Source of the DNA: a virus
Direction: 5' to 3' (one strand)
Length of the DNA stretch: 64,000 nt
Virus record (IMG/VR): IMGVR_UViG_3300037560_000207
Span: 64,001-128,000 of that record
The notes under the pieces were generated by a model. That model searched no databases. It saw nothing but the letters and a program-made list of their open reading frames with translations, and was not told where the DNA came from. Within the stretch, counting starts at the first letter, position 1. Every line of letters starts with the position of its first letter. This document shows positions 1 to 9,310 of this stretch, piece after piece. Made by a program: the position numbers and the translations under genes.

Positions 1-7
1 AGCTCTT

Positions 8-349
8 ATGTCTTGCGGATGCAAAGTTTTCAGAGAACTAGGAGACCTGTCTAGAATAGATTTGATAGCAGATTTTAATGGTAAGATTTATACTATTCAG
101 GTTAAAGGGATAACACCAAAAAACGGTGTATTAAACATCAATCTCGTTAAAAGTGGACCAAATTACAAATACCGCTACGGGATTGGTGATTGTGATTTAT
201 TTGCTATCTGCAACCTTGAAACAAAAGAAGTCGCACTAGTTCCTCTAAAAACCTTGCTAATAAATAGAAAACAAGTCATGCTGAGAATTACTGAGACGAA
301 AAATAATCAAAAATGCGGCATTCGTTCGATACTCAGAAACTACAAGTAA
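8..349 (+). CDS. PD-(D/E)XK endonuclease (probably 5'-truncated by the window edge)
   Basis: SRIDLIAD...IQVKG matches the D...(E/Q)xK nuclease motif; the frame is open to the window start. Confidence 0.7.
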   Translation: MSCGCKVFRELGDLSRIDLIADFNGKIYTIQVKGITPKNGVLNINLVKSGPNYKYRYGIGDCDLFAICNLETKEVALVPLKTLLINRKQVMLRITETKNNQKCGIRSILRNYK

Positions 350-400
350 AACGTCTGGGAATCGTGTAGACTATATTACACTTTTTTAAGGAAAGTCAAA

Positions 401-562
401 ATGCCAGAGTATGTGTATGTTATTAGTTTAGTATTGGGGGCTGTGTTTGTGTGTTGTCAGGTAATATCTACCGTTGTCGCATATCGAACATGCAAATGCA
501 CCTGTAAGATGATTAACCTCCAACTGGAGGAAATGAAGAAAGCCGAGGACAATAGATTCTGA
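401..562 (+). CDS. small membrane protein (53 aa, not in ORF track)
   Basis: Read manually: MPEYVYVISLVLGAVFVCCQVISTVVAY...; AAGGA upstream; one hydrophobic segment. Confidence 0.5.
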   Translation: MPEYVYVISLVLGAVFVCCQVISTVVAYRTCKCTCKMINLQLEEMKKAEDNRF

Positions 563-681
563 TTTGTTACAACCGAGGCGGGTTGCATGTGAACATGCTC
601 TGTCTTTCTTCTCAAGAGTTGGTTCGTGTCCCCGGTAAAACGGGTTCAATCACCAACCTTATCTTTTCTGGAGTAAAACAG

Positions 682-780
682 ATGGACGAAGTAACAAGGT
701 GCCCCATATGCAACGTTATCTGTCAACCAACAGACAAAGGAGAGGTCTGTCCTATCTGTGGGATGGTAGTGGAGGAATAA
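682..780 (+). CDS. tiny zinc-ribbon protein (32 aa)
   Basis: GGAG RBS before ATG682; CPICN...CPICG. Confidence 0.55.
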   Translation: MDEVTRCPICNVICQPTDKGEVCPICGMVVEE

Positions 781-781
781 A

Positions 782-1039
782 ATGGAAGGTTCTCATGATA
801 TAGCGGCCAGGTTAGCTGTTTCTTGGACTATTGGTAACCAGGACTTTGTAGCACAGGAGCTAGCTGAATTAAGCGCAGTAAAATCTGCTGCTGTTGCTAT
901 TCGGATAGTTCTAACCCTTATGGACAACCCAAACGTATCAATTGACCTTGCAATGTTCACAAGTCGTCTCGAAGGAGAGGCTCACCAAGAAGATACACAG
1001 AAGGTTAAAGCAAGATTCGAAAAAAGGGAGAAATCATGA
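782..1039 (+). CDS. hypothetical protein
   Basis: ORF closely packed between neighbours; GGAGG upstream. Confidence 0.55.
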   Translation: MEGSHDIAARLAVSWTIGNQDFVAQELAELSAVKSAAVAIRIVLTLMDNPNVSIDLAMFTSRLEGEAHQEDTQKVKARFEKREKS

Positions 1040-1209
1040 TCTTTTATATTGGTATTATGTTGGTGGCTTTGGGTATTTGTCACGCAATTGGTTTGGGGGT
1101 AAAAGTTAAAAGCATTGAGTGTCCAACCCCAGATGAAGAATTCGCTATAATAGGCAGGATTGCATCTGTTATACTAATAGCTGCCGCAGGTATCTACTTA
1201 ATCTGCTAG
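1036..1209 (+). CDS. small two-TM membrane protein (not in ORF track)
   Basis: ATGA overlap with the upstream stop; two hydrophobic stretches. Confidence 0.5.
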   Translation: MIFYIGIMLVALGICHAIGLGVKVKSIECPTPDEEFAIIGRIASVILIAAAGIYLIC

Positions 1210-1247
1210 TTGAGCAGTGCTTCTTTATTTTGAAGAGGATAAAAACC

Positions 1248-1778
1248 ATGGAAAAGAAACCTTGTGCTTGCTGTAAAGATGGAATACCAGGCCACGAAGG
1301 GAAAGGCATAGGGTATGGATACAACCGCCTCGAAGGCGCGGCTTTGGCATGGGCTAAGGATAATCAATTTGCCCAGTCTGAACACTGTATCTCAGTCGTA
1401 GGAGGTAAACGATTCAAAGGACCAAGGTGGCTTAGTGACAAGTGCGGCAATGGCCGTATGGGGTTCTCCACTCGTCGTAGAAATCAAGATGAAGTTCGAA
1501 TGGAAGTAGGGCTAGACGGACAATTCAAGAGTAAACGGCGTACAATAGTTGGTAAAAGATCGTCGAGAGCCACGACAATTCGTCATACACGGAGGATTGA
1601 TGGTAGTCGATGTGGTTTGGTTTCCACTGTGGCGATACTTGATGCTCAGCGAGACCCAAGAGTAGTAAGGGCTCAAAAGAAGCTGGCACGGATCAAACGG
1701 AAATCCCGGCATCGTTTGCTTCGACGAGAAAGGGTTACGAGAGCTACTATGATTTCTGAATTAAGAAAGGTGGCATAG
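1248..1778 (+). CDS. Arg/Lys-rich hypothetical protein
   Basis: GAGG RBS before ATG1248; very basic C-terminal half. Confidence 0.55.
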   Translation: MEKKPCACCKDGIPGHEGKGIGYGYNRLEGAALAWAKDNQFAQSEHCISVVGGKRFKGPRWLSDKCGNGRMGFSTRRRNQDEVRMEVGLDGQFKSKRRTIVGKRSSRATTIRHTRRIDGSRCGLVSTVAILDAQRDPRVVRAQKKLARIKRKSRHRLLRRERVTRATMISELRKVA

Positions 1779-1783
1779 CTTTA

Positions 1784-2017
1784 ATGAATTTTCACTCAAC
1801 TTGTCTATGTAGATTGATAAATATGACAGAAAAAGGAGGACCACCCAGATATGACATCATGTCCGAAAATGAACATGTCGGCTCTTTAAGATTCTGTAAC
1901 ACTCTTGATGAATGGATGATACATCTATCCTCACACGTCAGTGCTACTTACGGATTTATGTCCAAAGTATGGATGTGTTTACTTGATGAGTTGACAGAGG
2001 CTAGGAGTCTGGTATGA
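1784..2017 (+). CDS. hypothetical protein
   Basis: ORF overlapping the next gene at ATGA. Confidence 0.45.
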   Translation: MNFHSTCLCRLINMTEKGGPPRYDIMSENEHVGSLRFCNTLDEWMIHLSSHVSATYGFMSKVWMCLLDELTEARSLV

Positions 2018-2268
2018 TTATATCAAAAGTCACAGTAGGATTTGTTGTCCAGCAATTTGATACAGATCGTCAAGATTGGGTCTGTCAAGATTTCATTGCT
2101 TCAGATGAATGTGAATATGAAACCGAGAACGGCGACCCAATCGACGTAAAAGATTTTATGTTGGACTGTGTGATATCGGGTAAGGAGCCTTATTTACCAT
2201 ACGATATGGTTCAACCTCAGCCGGAGGGCTTTAAGGAAGATCGTAAAAGTATAAATAACATTCCGTGA
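2014..2268 (+). CDS. hypothetical protein
   Basis: GGAG RBS; ATGA coupling; acidic protein. Confidence 0.55.
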   Translation: MIISKVTVGFVVQQFDTDRQDWVCQDFIASDECEYETENGDPIDVKDFMLDCVISGKEPYLPYDMVQPQPEGFKEDRKSINNIP

Positions 2269-2344
2269 TACCAGACGTTGTGATGTTGAATGTTTAACAG
2301 CATCTGCACTTATTTTGCTGATTGGAGCAATTGAGAAAGAAGTA

Positions 2345-2593
2345 ATGGAAACACATATAAAAAAACCGAGGGTAGAACCTGGGAGTCAAACGTGGAGACT
2401 CACACGCAAGGAGGTATGTGAAATCATCTTTACCTCAATATATGGTCGTAAACCCACACCGGAAGAAATACAGAGACTCAATGTGGATGTTACTGATAAT
2501 TATGATAGGGGTAGAGGTGAATCCAAACCTGAATGGTTGAGTCTGTCGCTTACAGATATTCCTCCAATACTTAATGACGTGGCCCAATCTTAG
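2345..2593 (+). CDS. hypothetical protein
   Basis: ATG2345 preferred over the TTG start given in the track. Confidence 0.45.
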   Translation: METHIKKPRVEPGSQTWRLTRKEVCEIIFTSIYGRKPTPEEIQRLNVDVTDNYDRGRGESKPEWLSLSLTDIPPILNDVAQS

Positions 2594-2655
2594 GCGCTCG
2601 CCAACAAAGGAGTATAAGGTGCATGAAGAATCACCACTAGAAAAGGAATGTAGTA

Positions 2656-3051
2656 ATGAAGAAATGGCCAAAAGGTAATAAACAAGCACAATTTACCGAT
2701 ATAACCAAGCCAATTTGTGAGGCAATCCGATTTGCCTACGACCTCAAGCGCAAGAATCGAGGTCGCAATGTACCTTGGGATGGACTCGATATCGGCGAAA
2801 ATATGAAAGCTTGTTATATGTCCCCGAACGAACGGCTTCAACGTGATAATCTGAAATACGATGAACAAGAGCAAGATCGTGATGCACTCCAGATCATCGT
2901 TGGAATTGCAGTTCAATTGGGTATCGAACAGGAACGCCGAAGGTTGTGGGGTGAATTAGACACAGATCTACTACTTCTTAATTTGCACGCAAAAAACTGT
3001 TACGAGACCGTTAAAGGTCTTATCGAAGACAGTGAAGTATCGAAAAATTAA
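2656..3051 (+). CDS. phage hypothetical protein
   Basis: AAGGA RBS; 131-aa ORF. Confidence 0.6.
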   Translation: MKKWPKGNKQAQFTDITKPICEAIRFAYDLKRKNRGRNVPWDGLDIGENMKACYMSPNERLQRDNLKYDEQEQDRDALQIIVGIAVQLGIEQERRRLWGELDTDLLLLNLHAKNCYETVKGLIEDSEVSKN

Positions 3052-3075
3052 CTAATAATTTTAGAAAGGAATGAA

Positions 3076-3291
3076 ATGGTAATTCTAGTAATCATAGGTT
3101 GGTTGGTGTGCGGAATTTTAACACAGGGACTACTCAGACATAATTACGCACAGTCTATTGTAGGTCCAGTACGTGGAGCAGACAGGCTTATTTTATGGTT
3201 TGCAACACTAGCAGGTCCACTTGGATTATTAACAGCAATTACAGTATGTGCTATTGACTGGACGTGGGGATTAAAGTTTAGAAAGGTATAG
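3076..3291 (+). CDS. two-TM membrane protein
   Basis: AAGGA RBS; two hydrophobic helices. Confidence 0.6.
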   Translation: MVILVIIGWLVCGILTQGLLRHNYAQSIVGPVRGADRLILWFATLAGPLGLLTAITVCAIDWTWGLKFRKV

Positions 3292-3341
3292 AAATGAAGG
3301 TTCGAGGTTGGATTCACATCATAGATTGTGGAAACGTCTTC

Positions 3342-3361
3342 GGCGTAGCTTAAGCTACGCC
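3342..3361. repeat. perfect 20-bp palindrome GGCGTAGCTTAAGCTACGCC
   Basis: Self-complementarity read directly from the sequence. Confidence 0.9.
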
Positions 3362-3435
3362 TTGTTAATGATGAGTGTCGTACACGTATACGACGGGATA
3401 AGCCGATTAGGGTGGGCTTTCGGCATGGGTAAGTA

Positions 3436-3741
3436 ATGGAAACCAAGAAAATGAGCGACTTTTCTAACATAGACGATGCACGAAAATTCAACCAATGGCG
3501 AGATAGAATCAATACGCAAATACCCGAACTAGCTAATAGAGTCTTTTCTCTGCGCCGGAAATTCTATAAAGGATGTGGTTTCCATTACAGTTTAGAAAAA
3601 ACACTCGGTACAGTAACAAAAGGATTAAATAATCATGATGAGCAGTGGGATTTTGCTGATCGTCTCGTTTTTGAAGTTGTCGTGGAAGGGCTCATAGAAC
3701 GAGTTATCGCTGCCGAAAAGAGTATAGTAAGAAGTCCCTGA
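3436..3741 (+). CDS. hypothetical protein
   Basis: 101-aa ORF. Confidence 0.5.
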   Translation: METKKMSDFSNIDDARKFNQWRDRINTQIPELANRVFSLRRKFYKGCGFHYSLEKTLGTVTKGLNNHDEQWDFADRLVFEVVVEGLIERVIAAEKSIVRSP

Positions 3742-3855
3742 CTCACTGATGTCCATAAGCTCGATGGAGTAAGGCATGATGTTTTAGTCGGGGATTTCCT
3801 ACTGTGCTGTTATGTACCATTTATGGTGTTAATCTATTCTTGTCTGGAGAAAAAA

Positions 3856-4137
3856 ATGGGATACTATCTCAATAACGGAAAAGCATCTGGTAAAGTAGAA
3901 TGGCTCGTTAAAGAACACGATGGTAAAATCGTTGATAAAGTCGAAGCGAGCACTGCTTTTAATGATCCATCACTGGCTGTCGTTGTAGTAATGGACAATG
4001 GCTTATTTGATGCGGCTGGTTTCGCATATGACATCGATGAATTTGAATCATTTACATCACCCGATGATATTCGACCAAAAATATTCCTTGTCATGAATAG
4101 AGAATTATGCGAAAAATTGAGTGGGTTCAATTCTTAA
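3856..4137 (+). CDS. phage hypothetical protein
   Basis: GGAG RBS before ATG3856 (MGYYLN...). Confidence 0.6.
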   Translation: MGYYLNNGKASGKVEWLVKEHDGKIVDKVEASTAFNDPSLAVVVVMDNGLFDAAGFAYDIDEFESFTSPDDIRPKIFLVMNRELCEKLSGFNS

Positions 4138-4346
4138 GGAACTAAAATGATTTTGAAGTGTACTTGCAAACATAAGTATCAGGATCGCATGTACGGAACC
4201 ATAATCGGGTTAATAATCCCTACAGAGGCCCTAATAGGGAGATTCTGTAAGAAGGAGCAAACTGCAAAATCATAGCCGGTTCCAATCTAGTTTGGCCTGT
4301 CATTGGGTACAAGATTTAAAAGACACCGGAAAAAAGGAATCAAAAA

Positions 4347-4550
4347 ATGAAGGAATCATCTCAAATAACAATTAGTCTCATGCACGGACAGTTTTGGGCA
4401 ATTCGATGTAGGGACGGTGGGTTAAAACAAGGCGCGGATGGTATACCTCACTTGTTTAAAACTCGTGCCAAAGCTCGTAAATACCAATCAAACTGGGTTC
4501 CCCATACAAAATGGGTAGTAGTTTCAGTATCTATATTAGAAAGACAATAA
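4347..4550 (+). CDS. hypothetical protein
   Basis: AAGGA RBS. Confidence 0.45.
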   Translation: MKESSQITISLMHGQFWAIRCRDGGLKQGADGIPHLFKTRAKARKYQSNWVPHTKWVVVSVSILERQ

Positions 4551-4564
4551 AAAAGGAGATAATT

Positions 4565-4831
4565 ATGTTCATCTTAACGATTTGGGACGCTAGAAGTCCA
4601 AACTACGGGGCCAACTCCTTTGTGGAAGCAAGGGGTACGGAAACAACTGATGTACAGACAGAACGTGATGCAATGCGATTACTCGGATGTGTGATCCGTG
4701 ACGAACAAATCGTCCGTGCGGTTCTCGAAACACCGACAGGCTGCTTAACATGGCAGCGAGACAAAGAAGAAGAGTTCGAATACGACGAGTGTTGTGACCC
4801 AGGTTGTGGAAATTGTGGATATTGCAATTAG
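4565..4831 (+). CDS. hypothetical protein with C-terminal Cys cluster
   Basis: AAGGAG RBS before ATG4565; ends in CCDPGCGNCGYCN. Confidence 0.55.
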   Translation: MFILTIWDARSPNYGANSFVEARGTETTDVQTERDAMRLLGCVIRDEQIVRAVLETPTGCLTWQRDKEEEFEYDECCDPGCGNCGYCN

Positions 4832-5012
4832 TAGTAGCGCGGTCGCTAATCGGAGAATCGAGTGTTTAAAAGAAAAATATACCACCGTTCCACAAGGTTT
4901 TGTGTATTCCCAGCCTTAACATATATGGAACTTGATGGCAAACCTGTCGGACACTGGGAACCAGGAGTTATCTTCAAGCCAACAGAGGTAGCCCTCAACC
5001 TACACAAGCACG

Positions 5013-5252
5013 ATGAGGCATCTTTTAGCATTGTTGGGTGGAAGAACACTCGTACTAGTCATTCTGATAGGTATTGCATTCACAATTGGTGCGCTGTTGT
5101 GGCCGTACACAATCAATAGTTGGTTAATCTATTCAGGTAGGCCACCAGCAATTGAGTGGTGGATGGGTGGATTGATGGGTCTCGTACCAGGCTTGGGGCA
5201 GTCATGCATTTCGGCAGCCTTTATCACATTTATCATCATGTTATTCATTTGA
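5013..5252 (+). CDS. membrane protein
   Basis: Two or three hydrophobic segments. Confidence 0.55.
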   Translation: MRHLLALLGGRTLVLVILIGIAFTIGALLWPYTINSWLIYSGRPPAIEWWMGGLMGLVPGLGQSCISAAFITFIIMLFI

Positions 5253-5348
5253 CCATGTGTTGCGTAAACCAGGATAAAATGTTGGAGGTCCGATTCTCTG
5301 TTGGATCGGTTGAGTCATTCAACGTAACCCCTTTTAAGGAAACTAACT

Positions 5349-5939
5349 GTGAATACAAACAAAAAAGCTTGGATGCTTTGTGGAGTAGTAATTTTTGCTT
5401 TAATAGCAACCGTTTCCCTGGCGGGTCCAGGAATTGTTGGAACGGACCATGATTTCTCATCTAAGGGCTGGTCCTCCAATCAGATTTGTTTACCGTGTCA
5501 CGTACCACATAATGCATTGACACCGGAAGATGGTCCGTTGTGGAATCACGCAGAAAGCACACAAACCTTTATTATGTATCAAACGGATGGACAGCTTGAT
5601 GGACCGAGCAAGCTCTGTCTGAGTTGTCATGATGGTGTTACAGCCGTGGACAGCTTCGGTGGAAACAGTGGGACAGAAGTCATCGCAGGTAATTCCAATA
5701 TCGGCACCGACCTCAGCGATGACCACCCAATTGGAATGGAGTATCCACCCCAAGGTTGGAATACAACTCGGTATAATGATCCACCGACTACGCACGAAGT
5801 TAGGTTGGTTAGGATCAATGATGTGAAAAGAGTTGAGTGTGTGTCATGCCATGACGTACACAATTCGAAAGGAATCGACAAATTTTTGCGGGCTCCCCTA
5901 GACGAGAGCTACCTCTGTCTGCTTTGTCATATCAAGTAA
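5349..5939 (+). CDS. secreted tetraheme c-type cytochrome, OmcE-like
   Basis: Signal peptide (MNTNKKAWMLCGVVIFALIATVSLA/G); four CxxCH motifs (CLPCH, CLSCH, CVSCH, CLLCH); further His in TDHD, VPH, DDHP, DVH; AAGGA RBS. Confidence 0.92.
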   Translation: MNTNKKAWMLCGVVIFALIATVSLAGPGIVGTDHDFSSKGWSSNQICLPCHVPHNALTPEDGPLWNHAESTQTFIMYQTDGQLDGPSKLCLSCHDGVTAVDSFGGNSGTEVIAGNSNIGTDLSDDHPIGMEYPPQGWNTTRYNDPPTTHEVRLVRINDVKRVECVSCHDVHNSKGIDKFLRAPLDESYLCLLCHIK

Positions 5940-6137
5940 TAGCTATGAGTCGGACCTCCAACTTTCTCTTACCGAACGGAGTTAAGCCATGAATACAGTG
6001 CCGTGGTACATAACAGTAAGTGTTGCATTGTTAGCTGGTATCATAGTAGTATGGGTATGTGACTCAGCATGTCAAGCGATAAAGTGGTGGAAACGTTAAA
6101 GTAAATAAGCATAACTTTTTTAGTGAAGAACAGAAAG

Positions 6138-6494
6138 ATGAACGAAACGATCAATCTAGTGATTACCAATCTGACAGATGGACTCAGTCAAGTTGCTGCA
6201 AGTGTAGTTGTTCATGCGGTAGTGCAAGATACTGCTAATCTAGGGTGTATGTACACGATAATTGGCACCGGACTCTTTGTAACTGGTGCCATACTCATCT
6301 GGCATCTGGTTCATTTAATGAACAAAAATCAAGAAGCAAAAAAATTAGAGGACGCAGCGCCAGCTATGGTGGTCGTAGGGATAACTGGTTTCACCTCCCT
6401 TATCGTTGGATTTGGCATAGCAGTAGCTCACATAAGCGACTGGTTCGGACCCACAAAGACGGTGTTCTGGAGACTGTTTTATGCAATCCAATAA
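6138..6494 (+). CDS. membrane protein
   Basis: Two hydrophobic helices; ATG6138. Confidence 0.55.
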   Translation: MNETINLVITNLTDGLSQVAASVVVHAVVQDTANLGCMYTIIGTGLFVTGAILIWHLVHLMNKNQEAKKLEDAAPAMVVVGITGFTSLIVGFGIAVAHISDWFGPTKTVFWRLFYAIQ

Positions 6495-6515
6495 ACTAAC
6501 TGTTGGAGTAAAAAA

Positions 6516-6773
6516 ATGATACAAGTTATTGAAGGAAAACACGCCCCAGAAGCAGTTCGAACAATCAGTCCGGGTGCGCCGTGATTTATTATAGAAGACC
6601 CTGATAAAGGCAGTCTGATGGGGCGCGCGGAAGTCATGCAAGAGATTCGTCGCGACTACTTACAAGCTGAAAATGTCAACTTCACCCGGAGTATTACGCG
6701 AGTTGACGGTAAAATCATCCATGTTGGAGCAAAAGTTGACCCGATGATCACACAGTTAGGATTGTTTGGTTAA
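6516..6773 (+). pseudogene. 85-codon frame interrupted by in-frame TGA at 6582-6584
   Basis: GGAG RBS; MIQVIEGK...PGAP*FIIEDPD... continues in frame to TAA at 6771. Confidence 0.5.
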
Positions 6774-6795
6774 CCAAGGAAAGAAAATCTGATAT

Positions 6796-7422
6796 ATGAG
6801 ACAGGTAGATGTGCCCGAAGGCAAAAGTGGTGATTGGGAAGTTGTTCGTTTCGAAGTAGCTGAAAAAGATGCGGCATTCCACAACCTACGAGAATCATTC
6901 CATAATGGTAGATTTATCAGGCTGGGAACATACACTAGCCTGACACGAAAAGGTTGTGTCATTATGTCTGACACGCAAACCGAAATACTGGACCTTTCTA
7001 AGCCAGTGTCGGTAGCCAGTCAAGCGAATCGATCAGATTCACGCCGTGTACTTATTAACGGATTGGGTCTTGGAGTAGTGTTACAGGCAATCCTGGATAT
7101 TATCACTGTAGAACATGTAACTGTCATCGAAAAATCTGCTGACGTAATTACACTTGTTGGGCCTCATTGGGAAGCCCGGTACGGTGATAGGTTGACAATA
7201 GTACACGCCGATGCGTTCGAGTGGAAACCACCCAAAGGTGAAAGATACTGTGTCGTCTGGCATGATATTTGGGATAATATCACGTCAGATAATCTATCTG
7301 AGATGCATCGGTTACATCGTAAATACGGGCAACGATGTGACTGGCAGAGTAGCTGGTGTAGGAGGAGGTGCGAATTTGCACTATCTCAGTCAAGGAAAAA
7401 TCATGGACATAATCGCCACTAG
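6796..7422 (+). CDS. SAM-dependent methyltransferase / spermidine-synthase-like Rossmann protein
   Basis: VLINGLGLG (motif I), VTVIEKS, IVHADAF, WHDIWD. Confidence 0.75.
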   Translation: MRQVDVPEGKSGDWEVVRFEVAEKDAAFHNLRESFHNGRFIRLGTYTSLTRKGCVIMSDTQTEILDLSKPVSVASQANRSDSRRVLINGLGLGVVLQAILDIITVEHVTVIEKSADVITLVGPHWEARYGDRLTIVHADAFEWKPPKGERYCVVWHDIWDNITSDNLSEMHRLHRKYGQRCDWQSSWCRRRCEFALSQSRKNHGHNRH

Positions 7423-7573
7423 GGAACTCATAAACCTAGTCAAAAAGAAATTTGGGGATGACGCTTACCTTGAGTTGTTCACCGATGGTAGCGGACGTAT
7501 TCTTGTCCAATACTGCCCGGTGATAGAATTCGATGGTCTAGGAGAATTGGCGGAAATTCTCTGTGTAAAATAA
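7403..7573 (+). CDS. hypothetical protein
   Basis: AAGGA RBS before ATG7403. Confidence 0.45.
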   Translation: MDIIATRELINLVKKKFGDDAYLELFTDGSGRILVQYCPVIEFDGLGELAEILCVK

Positions 7574-7584
7574 AAAGGGCTGCA

Positions 7585-7782
7585 ATGGAAGAAAAATGTT
7601 ACGACCAGTTTTTGCAGGAGATGACACTATATGTACGCGCATCGTATGAAAAGGCAACTGGTAAGGTCTTGGGAGAACACTTGACGGCAGCACTAAACGA
7701 TCTGTTAGATGTGTTCTTTCAAACCAAGTTCGAAAGCTCATCACCTGTTACAGAAGAAACAAAAGTATACCGGGTACATTAA
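7585..7782 (+). CDS. hypothetical protein
   Basis: Short ORF in a run of + genes. Confidence 0.4.
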   Translation: MEEKCYDQFLQEMTLYVRASYEKATGKVLGEHLTAALNDLLDVFFQTKFESSSPVTEETKVYRVH

Positions 7783-7829
7783 ACTGTGCGGGGTGGGGTG
7801 GTTTATTATAATTATAAAGGAGGACAACC

Positions 7830-8303
7830 GTGGTATGGAGTTGTTATTTCAGCAACGCTATAAAATTTCCATTGACAACCAGAGATGAAATCTGTGAAGT
7901 GCTGAATAACCCTGAATTTAATGGAATAGATTTCATGGTTGGAACTGGAATAAGTGGTGCGATAGTGCTTGCGCCAGTATCTATTGAATTAAATATACCG
8001 TATGGAATTATACGTAAAAAAATAGATAGAAAAACCCTAGTTCGTCATGGAGGGACTCATTCTAATACTAATATAGAAACATGTATCAAAACTGAGAAAA
8101 TCAACCAGTATGTAATTATCGATGATACAATTGACTCAGGTGATACCGTAAACAGAATTGTCGAATTAATGGACGGAGAATACGAACATTCCAAGTGTAT
8201 CGGTATTATCCTATATCAGCAATGGCCCGGCATGATCAAACACAACGATATTAATGTAACTTGTCTTGGTGAACGCATCCGTAATTTAGCAAAAGAGGAT
8301 TAA
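7830..8303 (+). CDS. type I phosphoribosyltransferase
   Basis: PRPP-binding loop YVIIDDTIDSGDT; AAGGAGG RBS with GTG start. Confidence 0.8.
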   Translation: MVWSCYFSNAIKFPLTTRDEICEVLNNPEFNGIDFMVGTGISGAIVLAPVSIELNIPYGIIRKKIDRKTLVRHGGTHSNTNIETCIKTEKINQYVIIDDTIDSGDTVNRIVELMDGEYEHSKCIGIILYQQWPGMIKHNDINVTCLGERIRNLAKED

Positions 8304-8308
8304 TTAAC

Positions 8309-8935
8309 ATGCCAGGAACATTAGTCAGCATAGATTTAGATTGGCTTAATGGTGCGGAATCTCCAATAGATAAATTACAAAGATTATTACGCCACATCCC
8401 CAGAAAAGTCCCGGCAGTTATAACTATAGAACATCACGAATTTCTGCCACACCTGCGTCGGTGGATTAAATCAAAAGAAGTCCCAATACCACTCAATATC
8501 ATCAATTTCGACGAACACCATGACTTCTACTACGGTCGTCCACCACTCGATCCCAATGGAACGGAAACAGACTGCGGTAATTGGGGTTTTCGTTTACCTA
8601 TCAAGTGGTATCGTAGATTCACTTGGGTCCATAACACTAATACCGAGTTTATCGACTGGGACAGGGCTCAAGAATGGCTTGATAAGCGAAAAATACAATC
8701 CTCTATGCGTAATAAACCTCGTCTATCAGAGTTGCGCACCGAAATTGTTGCTGCTATCTTTTGCGTCTCGCCTGACTATTTGAAAATAGATATGTTCAAC
8801 TGTATCTGTGACGCTATTGATATCGTAGCATGTCATTTTAAAATGGGAAAAGCACCACAAGTAATTCGTAATGGCCAGGGGGTATCTTCAGTAAAAGGGT
8901 GGAGAGTCGCTTCCCGCCCACAGAAAAGGAAATGA
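8309..8935 (+). CDS. UPF0489-like protein (arginase/deacetylase-like metal motifs)
   Basis: LVSIDLDW, IEHHE, INFDEHHDF, CGNWG. Confidence 0.6.
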   Translation: MPGTLVSIDLDWLNGAESPIDKLQRLLRHIPRKVPAVITIEHHEFLPHLRRWIKSKEVPIPLNIINFDEHHDFYYGRPPLDPNGTETDCGNWGFRLPIKWYRRFTWVHNTNTEFIDWDRAQEWLDKRKIQSSMRNKPRLSELRTEIVAAIFCVSPDYLKIDMFNCICDAIDIVACHFKMGKAPQVIRNGQGVSSVKGWRVASRPQKRK

Positions 8936-9310
8936 TATGACCGTATGGTTAATCCATGAGACCGTAAGGTTTTATGATCTGGATGAAATATTCAAGGTAG
9001 TCGGAGTATGCAAGACAAAACAGTTAGCATACGAGTGGATTGAGGAAGCAATGAAAATAAATGATGCACGGGTTTTTACTGTCCAGGGATTGAAGGTTAC
9101 TGAAAGGGTATCTTAGTGATAGTAACGTTATCTCCAAAAGATGAACTCATAGTGCAATTTAACGGTACAGATGGAGAGTTTAGTATCCATTTTGATACCG
9201 ACGAATTTCCCAACGCTATTGTAGTTGAAGAAACTGGTGGATATCCAGATAGTACGGGGCGTCAAGACATTCTTTATAAAGAAGACTTCGATTAAACACC
9301 ATCTAGGGAG

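Noticed and set aside
4147-4275. Frameshifted small CxC...YG gene containing a hairpin
   Set aside because: The resemblance to a phage family rests on weak recall over a few residues and is too short to support.
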